From NCBI GenBank assembly GCA_024679065.1, contig JAGIQG010000014.1, positions 52,948,001-53,012,000 on the forward strand: a DNA stretch of 64,000 nucleotides, in the 5' to 3' direction. A program made the translations under genes and the position numbers. This DNA is from Sphyrna mokarran. Taxonomy: Eukaryota. This document shows, in pieces, positions 1 through 12,653 of this stretch. The first letter of the stretch is position 1; every line of letters begins with the position of its first letter. The notes under the pieces were generated by a model. The model saw nothing but the letters and a program-made list of their open reading frames with translations, did no database searches and was not told where the DNA came from.

Positions 1-1189
1 TTTAAAAATAAGAAAAATTGTTGGAAAAAAAAACAATATATATGTTAGGCTGTAATTGTACTGTGCCTTTTTAGAGTGTTTGTGATCTGTGAACTTGTAA
101 TGGCCAGCAGCAGTTGACTTACTAGTCATTTATATTAACTTTGCTTGTATATATTATTTTGTTAAACAAGTACATATTCAATTTAAAATCTGGATTGCCA
201 ACAATGCTTTTGTAATGGAGTCCGAGATGCAAATGTAAACACAAGTGCAGCAGCAGTTATAGAGGTTTTGTCAGAGGAGAGAAAGGTAGAAATCTAGCCT
301 AATATCAAGCAAAGAAAGTATTGACTGAAGCACTCCCTAAAATGCAAACATGGTGCACAAAGCAGCAAAAGAAAACTAATGACTGCAGAAAAATTAAGCC
401 CAATTTGAAAAATAAATGTTTAAAAAATATTGTTCAACAACAGTCATCACCTCCTCAAGGATAATTAGGGATTGGTAATAAATAGTAGCATTACCAGAAA
501 TGCTCATCTCCTTGGAAAAACTCTTGTTTGAAGAAACTTATACGAACAAGCTGCAAGATTTATAGACTTATATTGTGTCCATTTTATACAGATGAGCACC
601 AGAGTAGAAAAAGAATTAGGCCCCAAAAGAGATGTGTTTACATGCTTTAAGCCTCCAATTAGACCTCATCAAGCCTGTTGCAGGTGTTTGCCTAAAGCTT
701 GCCAAGTCTTCATCACAAAGAGTACAAAACATCAAACCCGCTATTCTAGCCTGCCAGCTTTGGGGAGATGTGGCAGCAGATATAATAGCGGCATTTCAGG
801 GCAGCTAGGTGAGTACATGAATAGGATGGGGAATTGAAGGATACAGGCTCTGTAAGTGCACATGGTCTTAGTTTAGGCAGATGTCATGATCGGCGCAAGC
901 TTGGAGGACTGAAGAGCCTGTTCCTATGCTGTTCTATGCTGTATTGTTCTTTGTTCTCTGTAAACGGAAAGTGGAGGCTCGCGAAACTGGAAAGAAAGGA
1001 AGGAAAAGGGAAAGAAAGGAACATAACTTATTAATTATTGCTTTGTACGTGAATAAAGATAGCATTCTTGCCCCTGAGTCAAAAGACCATAGGTTCACAT
1101 CTGTTTCAGAACTTGAGTACATAACCGAGACCAACCCCTCACCGCAGGATTAGAGAGAGCGCTGATTGTCAGAGACTCAGTGATTTTTA

Positions 1190-1400
1190 TCTTATTTGTT
1201 AAACCAAAGCCTATGCACTTTCTTGGAAAATCCTATAGAAATATTCAAAGAATAACAAAGGAATTCTCCCAGTGTCCTGATCAACATTCATTCTTCAGAG
1301 AACACCATCAAAGGGAAACAGATTAACTGGTCATTCATTTCATTGTTGCCTTTTGAAACCTTTTCCTTTGCCAATTGGCTGCCATGTTTACTTACCAAAT
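1190..1400 (+). mobile_element. Deu-domain SINE central/3' fragment
   Basis: ttctcccagtgtcctgatcaacatt...acagattaactggtcattcatttcattgttg...ttggctgccatgttt. Confidence 0.55.
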
Positions 1401-1697
1401 AATAGATACATCCTAAGGATGGGTATTTTATAAATGTAAATCTATCTATATCAACAGTAACTACTGATGAATATACATGTTCAGATGACTATAAGTAAAA
1501 TAACGAATACTTGGGAATGAGTTGGAATTATAATCTAATAAAAGGATCAATTGATTTAAATATACAATTGCACGTAACTAAAAGTTAACACAAATTAGTA
1601 GAATTCTTTAAAGATAATCAAAGACAATAGTGGAGAGGATGTTAGATATCTATTATTTCATCAGGCACTGGGTAACAAATCACATGGAAGACATAGA

Positions 1698-1866
1698 GGG
1701 TGGGATTTTTCTGGCCTTCCCACAACGTATTACTCGTAGTGGGAAGTGGCATACCACTGCTGGCAGTGGGATCTTTTGGTCCTGACACTGTCAATGGGAT
1801 TTCCCTTTGGCTCCATCCAACACTACCTAGGAACGCTCAGCATAAACAGCCGGAAAGTTCCAGCCA
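1698..1866. mobile_element. Short TIR element (Harbinger-type MITE)
   Basis: Imperfect TIRs gggtgggatttttctggc / gccggaaagttccagcc, with taga on both flanks. Confidence 0.65.
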
Positions 1867-3699
1867 TAGAGTTTCAGAGCACTAAAATAGACTCTTCAAC
1901 TCATCATGTCTGCACTAGCTATCAAGCATCAATATCTATTCTAAAACATATGAATGAATGATGATGATGAAGGGGCAGTGCTCCGAAAACTTGCACTACT
2001 AAAAAACCTGTTGGACTTTAATCTGGTATTTTGAGACTCCTTATTGTCCGTATAAATGAAATGAGATCTATTGGCATAAAGCATAGAATAACAGAGGATG
2101 CTGTAAATTGGATGTAAAATTGACTAAATAATATGAAAGGGGTAGTTCTAAGTGGAATCTGATTTGAAATCTTTGTTATTTATCATTCTTACAAATGAGC
2201 GTAATACATCCAAAACATTCAAAAGAAAGAAATTTTATGAATTATAGCTGGCATTTAGTATTGATAAATCTCAGGTAATGGTATTAAAATAGCAAACAAT
2301 TTTCCAAAATAAAAAAAGAGTAGAATTACCATTATTTTTGATCAACAATGTAAACTCAATACAAGTGGAACCAACAAAACCAGTAGGGGGATTAAAATAC
2401 AAGCGAGTTACACCCAAAACCATATCTACTTGGGTTTTGCTCAATCTTTTAAGTGGATTCAAAAATCAAGTCACCTGGATTTGGCCCCACCCACAATGGC
2501 ACGACCTGAGGTCAAAATTTGGAAATAGACTTAAGTGCACCAATGAGGGAAAGCATTTCAAATTGTGTTGCCTTCTAAGGTGACATCAAAAATATTTAAT
2601 TTACTGAACAGATATGCACCAATTAATTTATTTAAATTAATTTTCAGTTACTTTAAAGCTGGTCATCAAGAGTAGAACTTTAACTGCATAATTTGATGTT
2701 TTCCCCATTTTTTGCTATATCCATAAAATTGTGCAAGTTGTTGCCCTTAAATACTCAAAAAATACTTCTCAATGGAAAGAAAATAAACAATTAATTCTAT
2801 TACATTGAGAGGTTGCAAATATGAAATGAGAATTTCATATTTCTGATTGTGTGATAAGTTGCTTCAGAACTTGAACTAACCAGTGCAGTTTCAAGCAGAA
2901 TTTCCCGATTGCATCTAAGATGGAAACTCTACCCAGAATGTTTAATTAAATAAATAGCCAAGGAAAAGATCCATGCGTGCATATCCTGCTTTCATGTATG
3001 TGCAATTTGTTCTTTGGATGGTTAAAAAATGGAGTGCTAAATCTTTAAAAAAAATTCATCTTAATAGCAAAGCTATGAAGACAATTTTGAGCCAGCACTT
3101 CTGCAGACATGCAGCATACTCGGAATCCGGAAAGCAGGATTCGCACTAGTGAATTTATAAGTTCCGATCTTCCCGGCTCCTCGCTAACCAAGTGACATGA
3201 AATATGCCACAGGACCGCAGAAAGTTCTTTGTAATAAGTTTGCATATTATTAGTGAATGCTGTCTCCCCAGCACGCCAAATATTCAGCTGGAACTGGAAT
3301 GAAGTCATGTTGGTGCCATTCACAACAAGTCTACATAAGCATGAACGTTCATCTCCGAGAGGGATTCTGGAGGTGAGTGCTCAGGCAGCCAGTACACTCC
3401 ACACTATGGCACAGAGAGAATTCGGGGGACACAGATAAATTCAAGTTGTGGCTGAGGTGGGGTCCCAGAACTATCATTTTAGGGGGAGAGATTGCCTTCC
3501 CTTCATGTCGAGGCGCCCTTTGCTTTGAGGGGGTTATGAAGGTTGGTATGCAGGCAATCATCCTATGTTCTCCTTCCTGGGTTCCAGCTGAGGGTGGGAG
3601 GGCTTGAAAACTATAGGCTCAGCACCGGGGAGTGGGGGGAGGATTGTGATTTGGGTGAGGTTCCATGTGTGACTGGATTGTCAGGGCACAATAGAGGAT

Positions 3700-4750
3700 T
3701 CATGAATAGACTGCATCTCGCCTCACACAGCCGGAAGGGCCTCACTCTCGGGAGAGAATGACTGCAGTGTGATTGGACCAGAGATGCAATGCTGTAGAAA
3801 GCTGCATCTGTCCCCAGACACAGTGCACCATCCCTGCCAGACCCTGCAAGAGCTGGCACCATATGGAATGGGAGGATACCCACTGCTGGTGCCCTTAAAC
3901 TTACAGCCACTCTGAATTTCTATGAGTGGCTCATTCAAGGGCAGCATGAGTGACCTGTATGGTATTTCCTGATTGGCCACACACAAATACATTGGGGAGT
4001 TTACAGCTGTCCTTACTGCGAGGGCTCACAGGTATATCAACTGGGACCAGGACCAGGCGAACCAAGACGGCAGGGCCATGGACTTTCTCACCTTAGCAGG
4101 CTTGGCCCAGGTGCAGGGTTTGATTGAATGTACCACGTGGCCCTGTGCGCTCCACGGCACAACACGACCTCATTCATGAACCGCAAGGGTCTCCACTCCC
4201 TCAATGTGTACCTCATCTGTGACCAAACAATGCACTTCATGCAAGTGTGTTCCTATTTCCGAGGAAATGTCCGTGACAGCTACATTTTGGAGCACTCTGA
4301 TTCCAGCTGTCTTTGAGGGCGAGCAGCAGCTGGAGAGGTGGCTCCTCAGAATTGAGGGGTATCCACTCAGGGAGTGGCTGATGATGCCAGTGTGGAGTCC
4401 ACAAACACCTGCCAAGACAAGTTATAATGAGGCTCAAGCTTCAACATGTGTGCTGATCGAACAAGCAATTTGCCGGCTGAAGAAGTGGTTCGGGTGCCTA
4501 TAACCGCCAAAGAGGCTCCTGCATCATTGTGGTTTGCTGTGCCCTCCACATCTTGGCACTGCAGAGGGGAGGCCACCTGGACCTGGAAGAGATGGACAAG
4601 TGCCACATCTCCTCTGATGCAGAGGATGTGCAGGACGGTGGTGAGGGTGACTACGCACAGGAGGAGGTGGAAGAAACCCGAGCAGTGGTCAGAGCTCAAC
4701 TGGGCTGACACAACTAGGAATAGCCTCACAGTGTCTTGCTTCAGGGACAA
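3700..4750 (+). pseudogene. HARBI1-like DDE transposase remnant (frameshifts and stops)
   Basis: Motifs split across frames: QCCRKLHLSPDTV; SGSFKGSMSDLYGIS; AGLAQVQGLIECT; MNRKGLHSLNVYLICD..F.GNVRDSYILEHS; WLLRIEGYPLREWLMMPV..SYNEAQASTCVLIEQAICRLKKWFGCL. Confidence 0.9.
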
Positions 4751-6449
4751 GCAGGACGAGGATCAACTAGCTCAGCCACCATGGGGACAAATATCTATGT
4801 GGTGCCAACAGTATGTTCCCATGCAGTTACCAGGCACCATGAACTTATTGGCTGGACTCTGCGGGAGAATGATAATGACTTGCAGTGAGGAAAGAGCGAT
4901 GATCCTCAGTGATATGTCTAACTCCTGCCTGACACAGAGTTTAAGGCATCGTGCCATTGGATGGGCTTATCAGAATTACTGGATGCGCAGAACCATGTAC
5001 CCACCACAGGGGTCCTGGTGTTCATAGGCAGGATGAGCAACCTGACAGCATCTCCACAACCCTCGGCCTCATGGTCACTAGAGAATACTGTTAGACATAG
5101 GGGGTGTGTGCTAGATGGACGAGGGTGCAGGAGTTCACCTTTCCATGGATGGAGACTGGGGGGGAAGGGCTCCAGGAGCCAGGCTGAGCATTCCAGAAAC
5201 AGCGCCTCTCGCCATTGTGAGGGGCACATAGCACAGCCATTCTCACACTCCACTGGTTGAAGTGCCTGGTTAGTGCTGTGGTTCTCCTGGGTTTGGTGGC
5301 ATGAACAAAAAGGTGGAGGCCCTATGAGTGAATGAAGTGAAATTTGTTGCCAAATATTCAAAACAAGTGGTGACCGATCTACATCAGTGCCTGTATTCAC
5401 CAATGCCCACTTAGTGCCGACAGTTTCTTCATCTTCTGCACTGTGTCTAGGTGTATTCCTAAGATCCACAGTGAGGTTAAGGTGGCGTAGTGACATTCCC
5501 GCCCTTTTGGCTGCGATGACCTTGGTGGGGTGTCCCCTGGGGGACTGGGACCTTGTGGGTCCAGGCCTACTTTTGTGCAATACGATTTTCTACTGCTGTT
5601 CTCCTCAGGGTCAAGAGCAAGGGCTAGTGTGTCGATCACAGAGAGGAGGATTGAAGACACCCAAGGTCAAGAGTGTCTGGGCTGCACTCCTGCTGATCCT
5701 CTTCCATTCGGGTCCTGGGGGCCCCTGTGCTCCTCCATGGGATAGAGGGACAGCTTGATATAAGATACAGAAATCCTGCCGCCCTCTGGTGCTGACACAC
5801 AGATTTCCAACAGTGCCTCCACCTTGCATTGAAGCCCGGCACCATGGTGTGAACTTCTCCTGCTATGGAGAGCATATCTCGCACCTCTGTCTCCATCTTG
5901 AATGCCAGCACCATCTCCTCAGATTGAAGGAGATGGGACTTCTCCAGTCAGCCTTGCTCTCTGAGGAGGGCTGTATCATCCCTTCCTCATACTCATGACT
6001 CTGCGTTTTCAACCCCAGCATCTTTGGGACAACCGTGCCTGGGGACATCATTAGCAAGGAGCTCAGCAGAGTCCCAGGCTCCAGCATCCCTCCAAGTGCC
6101 AGTTCCCTGGGATGTCCCTGCCTCCGCCTGCTGTGGATCTTCAGCTTGAAGTGCTCACCAGTGAATGACCCAGAAGTCTGTCTGCTTACTGAACCCACCT
6201 GAGGTGTGAGTATCTGCATTGGTGACGGGTGTGGGCAACAGCTGTGATGCCTCTTCATTCATGGGGTTGAAGCTGCTGGAGTCCAGTAGATCCAGAGGCA
6301 CAAGGATGGCCCAGCCTGTTCCACTGTTGGGTTGCAAGAGAAGAGATGTGGCATCAGTGCATTACAGGCACTGTGGAGGAAATATTGATTACTCATTTGT
6401 GATTTGAAGAATGACAACATTTGTTTTGAGGATTCTCATATTTATTTGC

Positions 6450-6990
6450 TGCTGCCACTTCGTCAGTGCAGGCAGCCTCTTCCTCCTCCCCTGCCAGCCT
6501 CAACAGGTCTTTCCTCAAAGATGTGAAGGTCCTCAGCTTCAGCAAGACTCCAGAAGCTGGCTACAGCCATTCATGCCTATTATGGTTGAGTTTGTCCTAC
6601 AATGACGCAGAGAGGGAGATTTAGGGTGGGAGTGTTGACACTTAAGATGATGATGAGGCGTGACAGGCATTGGGGTTGGGTGGGGACTGGAATATGAAGA
6701 ATAAAACAGCTATTGGGGAACATGGTGATTGTGGGAGGGAGGGGGACAAATCTGTTGCCTGGTGTTGCCAAAGGCCAAGGTAGCTGAACGGGAGAAAGAT
6801 TGGGGATGCAAAGGGTGTGTGAGGTGGTTCAGTGGGAGACTGGGGGGGTGGTTCGCTTACTCTGGCTGAGTGAAGAAGATCATTTATCTTCTTCCAACAC
6901 TACGGTCCATTCTCTTCGGGAGCACGCTTGCACTGACCAGGACTGCCACTGCATCTCAGGTGAAAGTGGTGACCCTGCTGGGAGGCAATC
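6450..6990 (-). pseudogene. Myb/SANT-like DNA-binding gene remnant of Harbinger A (intron-containing)
   Basis: Minus strand reads CWKKINDLLHSAR followed by donor GTAAGC (6860-6855). The next exon begins AG|GACAAACTCAACCATAATAGG (DKLNHNR) at ~6597. Confidence 0.7.
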
Positions 6991-8242
6991 TTTGCAATTA
7001 ACTTGTCGAGTGCCACGTTAAATAAACAGCGCCAGTGGATCATGGCTGCAGCATGTACTGTTTACAAGATCAACTGCAGTAACTCACCAAGGTTTCTTCA
7101 ACAGCACCTCAAAAACACAAAACATCTGTCACCTAGAAAGACAAGAAGAGCAGGCACGTGGCACCCTGAAACATTCCCTCCAAGTCACACATCATCCTGA
7201 CATGGAAATACACCATTGTTCCCTCAGCGTCATTGGTTAAGATCCCGGAACTCCCTCCCAAACAGCACTGTGGGAATACCTTCATTACATGGAGTGGCGT
7301 AATTCAGGAAGGTGATTCATAACAACATTTTCAAAGGCAATTAGGGATGAGTAATAAATGCTGGCTTTGCAGTGCCGCCCACATCCCATAAATGCCTTTT
7401 ACAATAATTGCTAATTTTGCTAATTACCGCCAAAACATCAAGACACGTCTCATCTCTTGTATGTGCTGTGCCACTGTGTGGGAAGCATTTACCTTTGCTG
7501 GCAAGAAAGCAAAGGAAAGTAAAGGCACGATGACATAATTGAGGTGTCTCAACATGATCATATCGGTTTCCATTCATGGGCAGGCCACCACAATTCACAA
7601 AAAAGCAGACAACTCTTGGGATTCTCAAAGGGAAGCTTTATGTAGATGTTCTTCCAAAAATAAAGTTAAAGACATTTACTAGGCAATTTAGAGTAAGGTT
7701 GACCATGTGTGCAATACTTTTAGATCTAACCTTGTGTCTTTGATTCTGAGGGGAAGTACTAAATTTGCAAAATGGGTTAACCTTTATCAAATACTTTGCA
7801 AGCGAGTGTACATAACACTGATTGGATTGCTCCTGTGTGTTGGCTATGTGAGATCCTCATATAAATCCAGTAACTTGCCAAGGTGTAATCTCCTGCTTGT
7901 AAATCCACATGACCTTTCATTAATCACATTTATCTTTGATCGTATCTACATTATGATTCAAAATAATAATCTTTAGTATTTTATTGATACTGATGTTTGA
8001 CTAAGCAAACCATAATACCAAGCCTTAAAATTAATCCTTTATTTAAATTAAAGTACTTTTTTTTTAATAAGCTACAATAGCCTCATATCACCTTATAATG
8101 CTTGGCTTCTGACTAGCTGAAGTAATAACTTTGTCACCTTGAATATGGAATAAAAACGATTTTAACATTTTAAATACAATGTCATTTTATTCCAGCCTGA
8201 TTAAAAATATCCCACTTTTACTTTGGGAGCAACCAGTCAATG

Positions 8243-8550
8243 GATGGCATAGTGGCACAGTGGTTACCACTGCTGCCTCACAGCACCAGGGACCCAGGGA
8301 TTTCTGGCTTGGCTGACTCTCTGTGTGGAGTCTGCAGATTCTCCCCATGTCCATGTGGGTTTCCTCTGGATGCTCCGGTTTCCTCCCACAATTCAAAAGA
8401 CATGCTGGTTAGGTGCACTGGCCATGCTAAATTCTCCTTCAGTATACCTGAACAGATGCCAGGGTGTGGCAACAAAGGGATTTTTACAGTAACTTCATTG
8501 CAGTGTTAATGCAGCCTATTTGCGACACTAACAAATAAACTTTAAACTTA
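8243..8550 (+). mobile_element. tRNA-derived V-SINE (HE1-like)
   Basis: A-box head gtggcacagtggtta, V-domain core tgggtttcctctggatgctccggtttcctcccaca, tail aataaactttaaacttta. Confidence 0.9.
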
Positions 8551-8881
8551 ATTAAGTTTAAGTTGTGAGTTAGTAGTGATAGATTAGATCAGTTCGAACC
8601 AAATCCTCCTTCACTTCATCCCATGTGTGCATGCTAAATATAGCAACAAACTCCAGCACATTTTCAAATCACTAAGGGCTTCGGAAAATAATAAAATGAT
8701 TCATGCATACAGTTTGCTATTTCCCAAAAGGAAAGCTTTCAGTCATATAGACTCAAAACGGCAACTCAGTTTCTCTCTTCAAAGATACTGCTGAGATTTT
8801 CCAGCACTTTTTGTTTATATTTTTGCAATTTCCTTTTCCTTTCAGGGTTCCCAGAAGTCTGTTTAATGTCAGCCAATAAAC

Positions 8882-9185
8882 TTAGAATTATAGAATCCCT
8901 ACAGTGCAGAAGGAGGCTATTTGGCCCACCAAGTGTTCACTGACAATAATCCCACCCAAGCCCTATCCCCATAACTCCACATATTCATCCTGCTAATCCC
9001 CCTGACACTAAGAGCAGGATTTCAGTCTCATTCATCTTGAAACTGTAAAATACTACTCAAAGTCAATGGACCTTTCCACAGTGGGACTTTCAAGCTCTCC
9101 AATTCTCATGGTGGGTGGGACAGTAAAATTCCAGCCCAAGGGTCAATTTAGCATGGCCAGTCAATGTAACCCACACATCTTTGGA
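8882..9185 (-). mobile_element. V-SINE 3' half (contains a MITE)
   Basis: tagaatccctacagtgcagaaggaggc tail and aatttagcatggcc...cacacatctttgga core in reverse orientation. Confidence 0.8.
9012..9136. mobile_element. Harbinger-type MITE inserted into a V-SINE
   Basis: Splits the SINE motif gacactaa|ggg.caatttagcatggcc. Flanks are taa/caa; ends are gagcaggatttcag / gtaaaattccagcc. Confidence 0.75.
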
Positions 9186-12100
9186 GTGAACGTATTAGGG
9201 TTATTGGTGTTTCCCCATTTAGAAAATGAAGTTAATTTAGAAGATAATGTTGATCAAGTGGAAACAGTTAACAGTTCAGAAAAATGTGGTAATATCCAAA
9301 AAATAAAAATATGGAATATTTCATTCAGAAATGACACAGGTGTGACCCTGGAAATTATGAGTTGGTTAGACAGCCATCAATTGCAATAAAAAGCTAAAGA
9401 TTATTTTAAGACACATGACCCATATGTCTGAGCCAAAGCAAATATAATTCACGAAAGGTGATATGGATTTATGGGCAGATGATTTTACCTTGCCAATTTA
9501 TTAGATTCTTCTGAGGACATTAAAATGTCAGGAGACAGAAGCAATCCAGTAAATGGTATATAAAGGCACCTGACAAAGTAGTTCTGACTGCAGAGAGATG
9601 AAGGTTCACAGAATTGGTGACATGAGTAGAAAACTGACTTGACAATAGGAAAATAGTACAACTGTAAATGGATATTGACAGACATTCAGCGAAGCAGTAG
9701 GATTCCCCAGGGATTATTGCTCTAGTTGATACTGTTCACAATCTGCACAACTGACCTTGATGAGATCAGAAGCAGAATTATAATGTTTGCCATTGACACA
9801 AGTATGCGTGGGAGGGGGAAATGTGTAGCAGAGGCAGATACTTGTTCAGCAGGATCTGGAGAACCTCAGCAGTTGTACTAATGAATGGCAACTGGCATTT
9901 AAAGAGGGAGTTGAACCATTAGTATCCCTTTTAAAAAAATACAATGGTTACAAAGAACTATGATTCATTTTAACATCCTTTAGTTTATTTCTGTCCATTT
10001 CTGTTTATTTCTAGAACTTTTCTGTTTAAATAGTGAATTCTGATAAGATTGTCGAGGGAACTAACTAGGGGCAATTACTCAACCAACAGTGTAAGGAAAC
10101 TGGATTAATACACAGTTTAAATGGTATGCTCAGCAAAGAATCCAGGGTTAATGATTGTATCCCTGCTGATGTTAATTCTGCTCCCTAAATACTGGTAACT
10201 CCTCCAAGCCAGGTCTATGAGTGAAATCTTCAGTGTTGTGTGCATTAGCAGAAATATTTAAAACAGTAACAGAAGCAAGTACAAAGAAACAAAAAGGACA
10301 TAAAATTAATTAGAATTCTTTGTAAATATTGCTTTTTAAAAGAGTGCTGAGGGTGAGTGTGCCTTTTAAAGGGGTGTTAACTTCATAGAAGAGTGTCTGG
10401 CAAGCCTTCATTTGTTTACAAACATACAATGCAACGGTGTAAATCTTATGAAAATGTGTCACTATGTAACCTATATATAATGTTACAGTTATAGAAATGG
10501 CACTCAATATTTGTGACTTACTTCCCTCTTAAGCAAAGGATTAGCCAAATCAACCAGTCACTAGCACAATATTTCTTTATTTAAATACCCATAATCATTT
10601 TAAGATTTAAAAAAAAAGGTTTTATTGGAAAACAAATTATTGTAGAAATGAAGACATTTAAGGTATATTTTCCACTATAAAAAATGTTAGTAACCCTATC
10701 TCTGGCAGATTTTAACACCTTCAATTAAATTGATGGCCCCTTTATGAATTTTCCTGCGGTTAATGTAGTGAAATTTTAGTTCTCAGGAAAGAATTGTTAT
10801 TTGTTTAATATTGCCATTTAACTGTCAAAAAATTCAATAATCCAACCATGGATTGCACCTGAGAAAATTAGTGCACTGAAATGGAGAATTCCAATTTATC
10901 CACAATGTTCAATCTTTGCAAAGAATAGACTATCTCAATCATGGAAGGTTGCTGCCTCTACTGGAAATTAAACATTTCACAGTTAACTTTAAAACAGATT
11001 TATATCATTTTCTGCATTGAATTGTATGATTGCCATCCCTGGAAATTACAGTCGTGTCATATGAATATGTCCAGAAATATATAAGTGTAAGAGTTACTAT
11101 GTGAACAATTTCAGTAATTTAGTTTTCATATAAGGATTAGTGTTCAATGCATAAATCATATTTAAATATCTAAACTCATATAATTATAGGTACTGTATTC
11201 TCTTCTGTATTCCAGAGTTGATTTAACTCTGAAATCATGTAATAATATGGCATTATTATGGTTATTGACTGTTGTACAACTGCTAACACAAATTCATAAT
11301 TCAGATGTTGTGCTTATTTATATCAATTTATTCAGAATTTGGATATTGAATTAATTATTAATAATGTTTTCAACCTTACATTTTATTGCATCCATGGCAT
11401 CACCACAGCAATTGCCTCAATATAGTTGGAGTTTGTGTTGGGACCTTCAGGCTCATATAATCACCTCTTCTGTTGTACTTCCTACATCAAAGTGAGCAAT
11501 ATTATTCATGCCTACTTCTCTGGCCTCACCTGAATTTCCCCTTTAATATAAACTGCTGTCTTTGGAGAATTGTTCTCTCAATGGATTCTCCAATTCACAG
11601 ACCAAGATCTCAGGGCTAGTATCCTGCTCAAATTTGGAGGAACCATTCCCATCACAAAGTACAGCGCAATTTCCTCCTTGAGCTGCTATTGCAGGTGAAT
11701 CTATACTATAAGCCATAATTAGAAGATCAAGGCTAATTAAGCACCAACTGTGGTAACAATGCTAAATTTGCTTTTATAGGAAAGAAGCAGACTGTTGTAT
11801 GTTTGTGAATGTTTTATTGATTGATGCTGTTTAGTGAATGTGAAATTTGAGCCTGCCAACATTGTGTGGCATACAAATCTCAGATACCTTATCACACACT
11901 ATGATTATATTGGACATGTGCCAGGGACAAAACTTTTAATTATATAGATAGCGTAGAGAATGTAATCTTATTTTATACAATATAAAGTGTTACATAATTT
12001 GTTTTAAAGATACTGAATGTTAATTTATCATTAATCATATTGTAACATTAATTTCATACTTTGTCAAGAAAATGCTATGGGGATCATTTTGATGACATTA

Positions 12101-12653
12101 TTTTGATTTGATAATAATAGGTTCATAATTCTGATCAGTTTTATTCTATTATTTTGTTTTAAAAGATATATTTTACATGTTTGATAATGTTACCCAAATA
12201 ATAGTGTAAAATTTGAATGTATCTAACATGGTTTTATTTATTTTAAAATTGCATTCAGCAATATAAGGAAGTCAATTCTGTAAAATGTAAATTGTGTTCA
12301 CCTTTTGGTTAATGACAATAACAAGTTCTCCCAGATCAGATATAGCAATGGTTAGATTCAATCCAGCCTCACAACAACTTTGATGTAAACTTCACCCATA
12401 ACATTATTTTAAAGATACCATGCTTAAGCATAATATGGGTTAGATATGCAAGCTTTCTCCAACTATCCCATTAGTTTACTCACAGGGTATATGTTCAATG
12501 CAAGGTAAAGTTCTTGGTATTCCATGCCAACTTTCGAAAAGCACCTTCTACTGCCCCACTTTCTATACCAATCATACTGTCGTCTCTCTGTGTGGAATTA
12601 TTGTTAATGAGAACTCATGCTGAAAATGAACAAGTTTATGCTGTGAATCCATT

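Larger units (their letters stand above)
3160..7640. mobile_element. Degenerate PIF/Harbinger DNA transposon (copy A): convergent transposase (+) and Myb/SANT gene (-)
   Basis: GC-richer block containing both canonical Harbinger genes as pseudogenes. Ends are approximate and TIRs are not clearly resolved. Confidence 0.8.

Noticed and set aside
3700-4750. Domesticated HARBI1 gene or active transposase
   Set aside because: Motifs are scattered over different frames with stops and altered catalytic motifs (IEC for IDC, RIEGY for GDxGY).
4446-5758. Long ORFs (193, 220 and 123 aa) as novel proteins
   Set aside because: They lie in the GC-rich interior of decayed Harbinger A, have no recognisable domain, and look like off-frame or antisense open stretches.
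8243-8320. tRNA genes at SINE heads (also 14205, 18712, 31490, 46850)
   Set aside because: A/B-box-like heads run into SINE bodies or decay, and no complete cloverleaf is evident.
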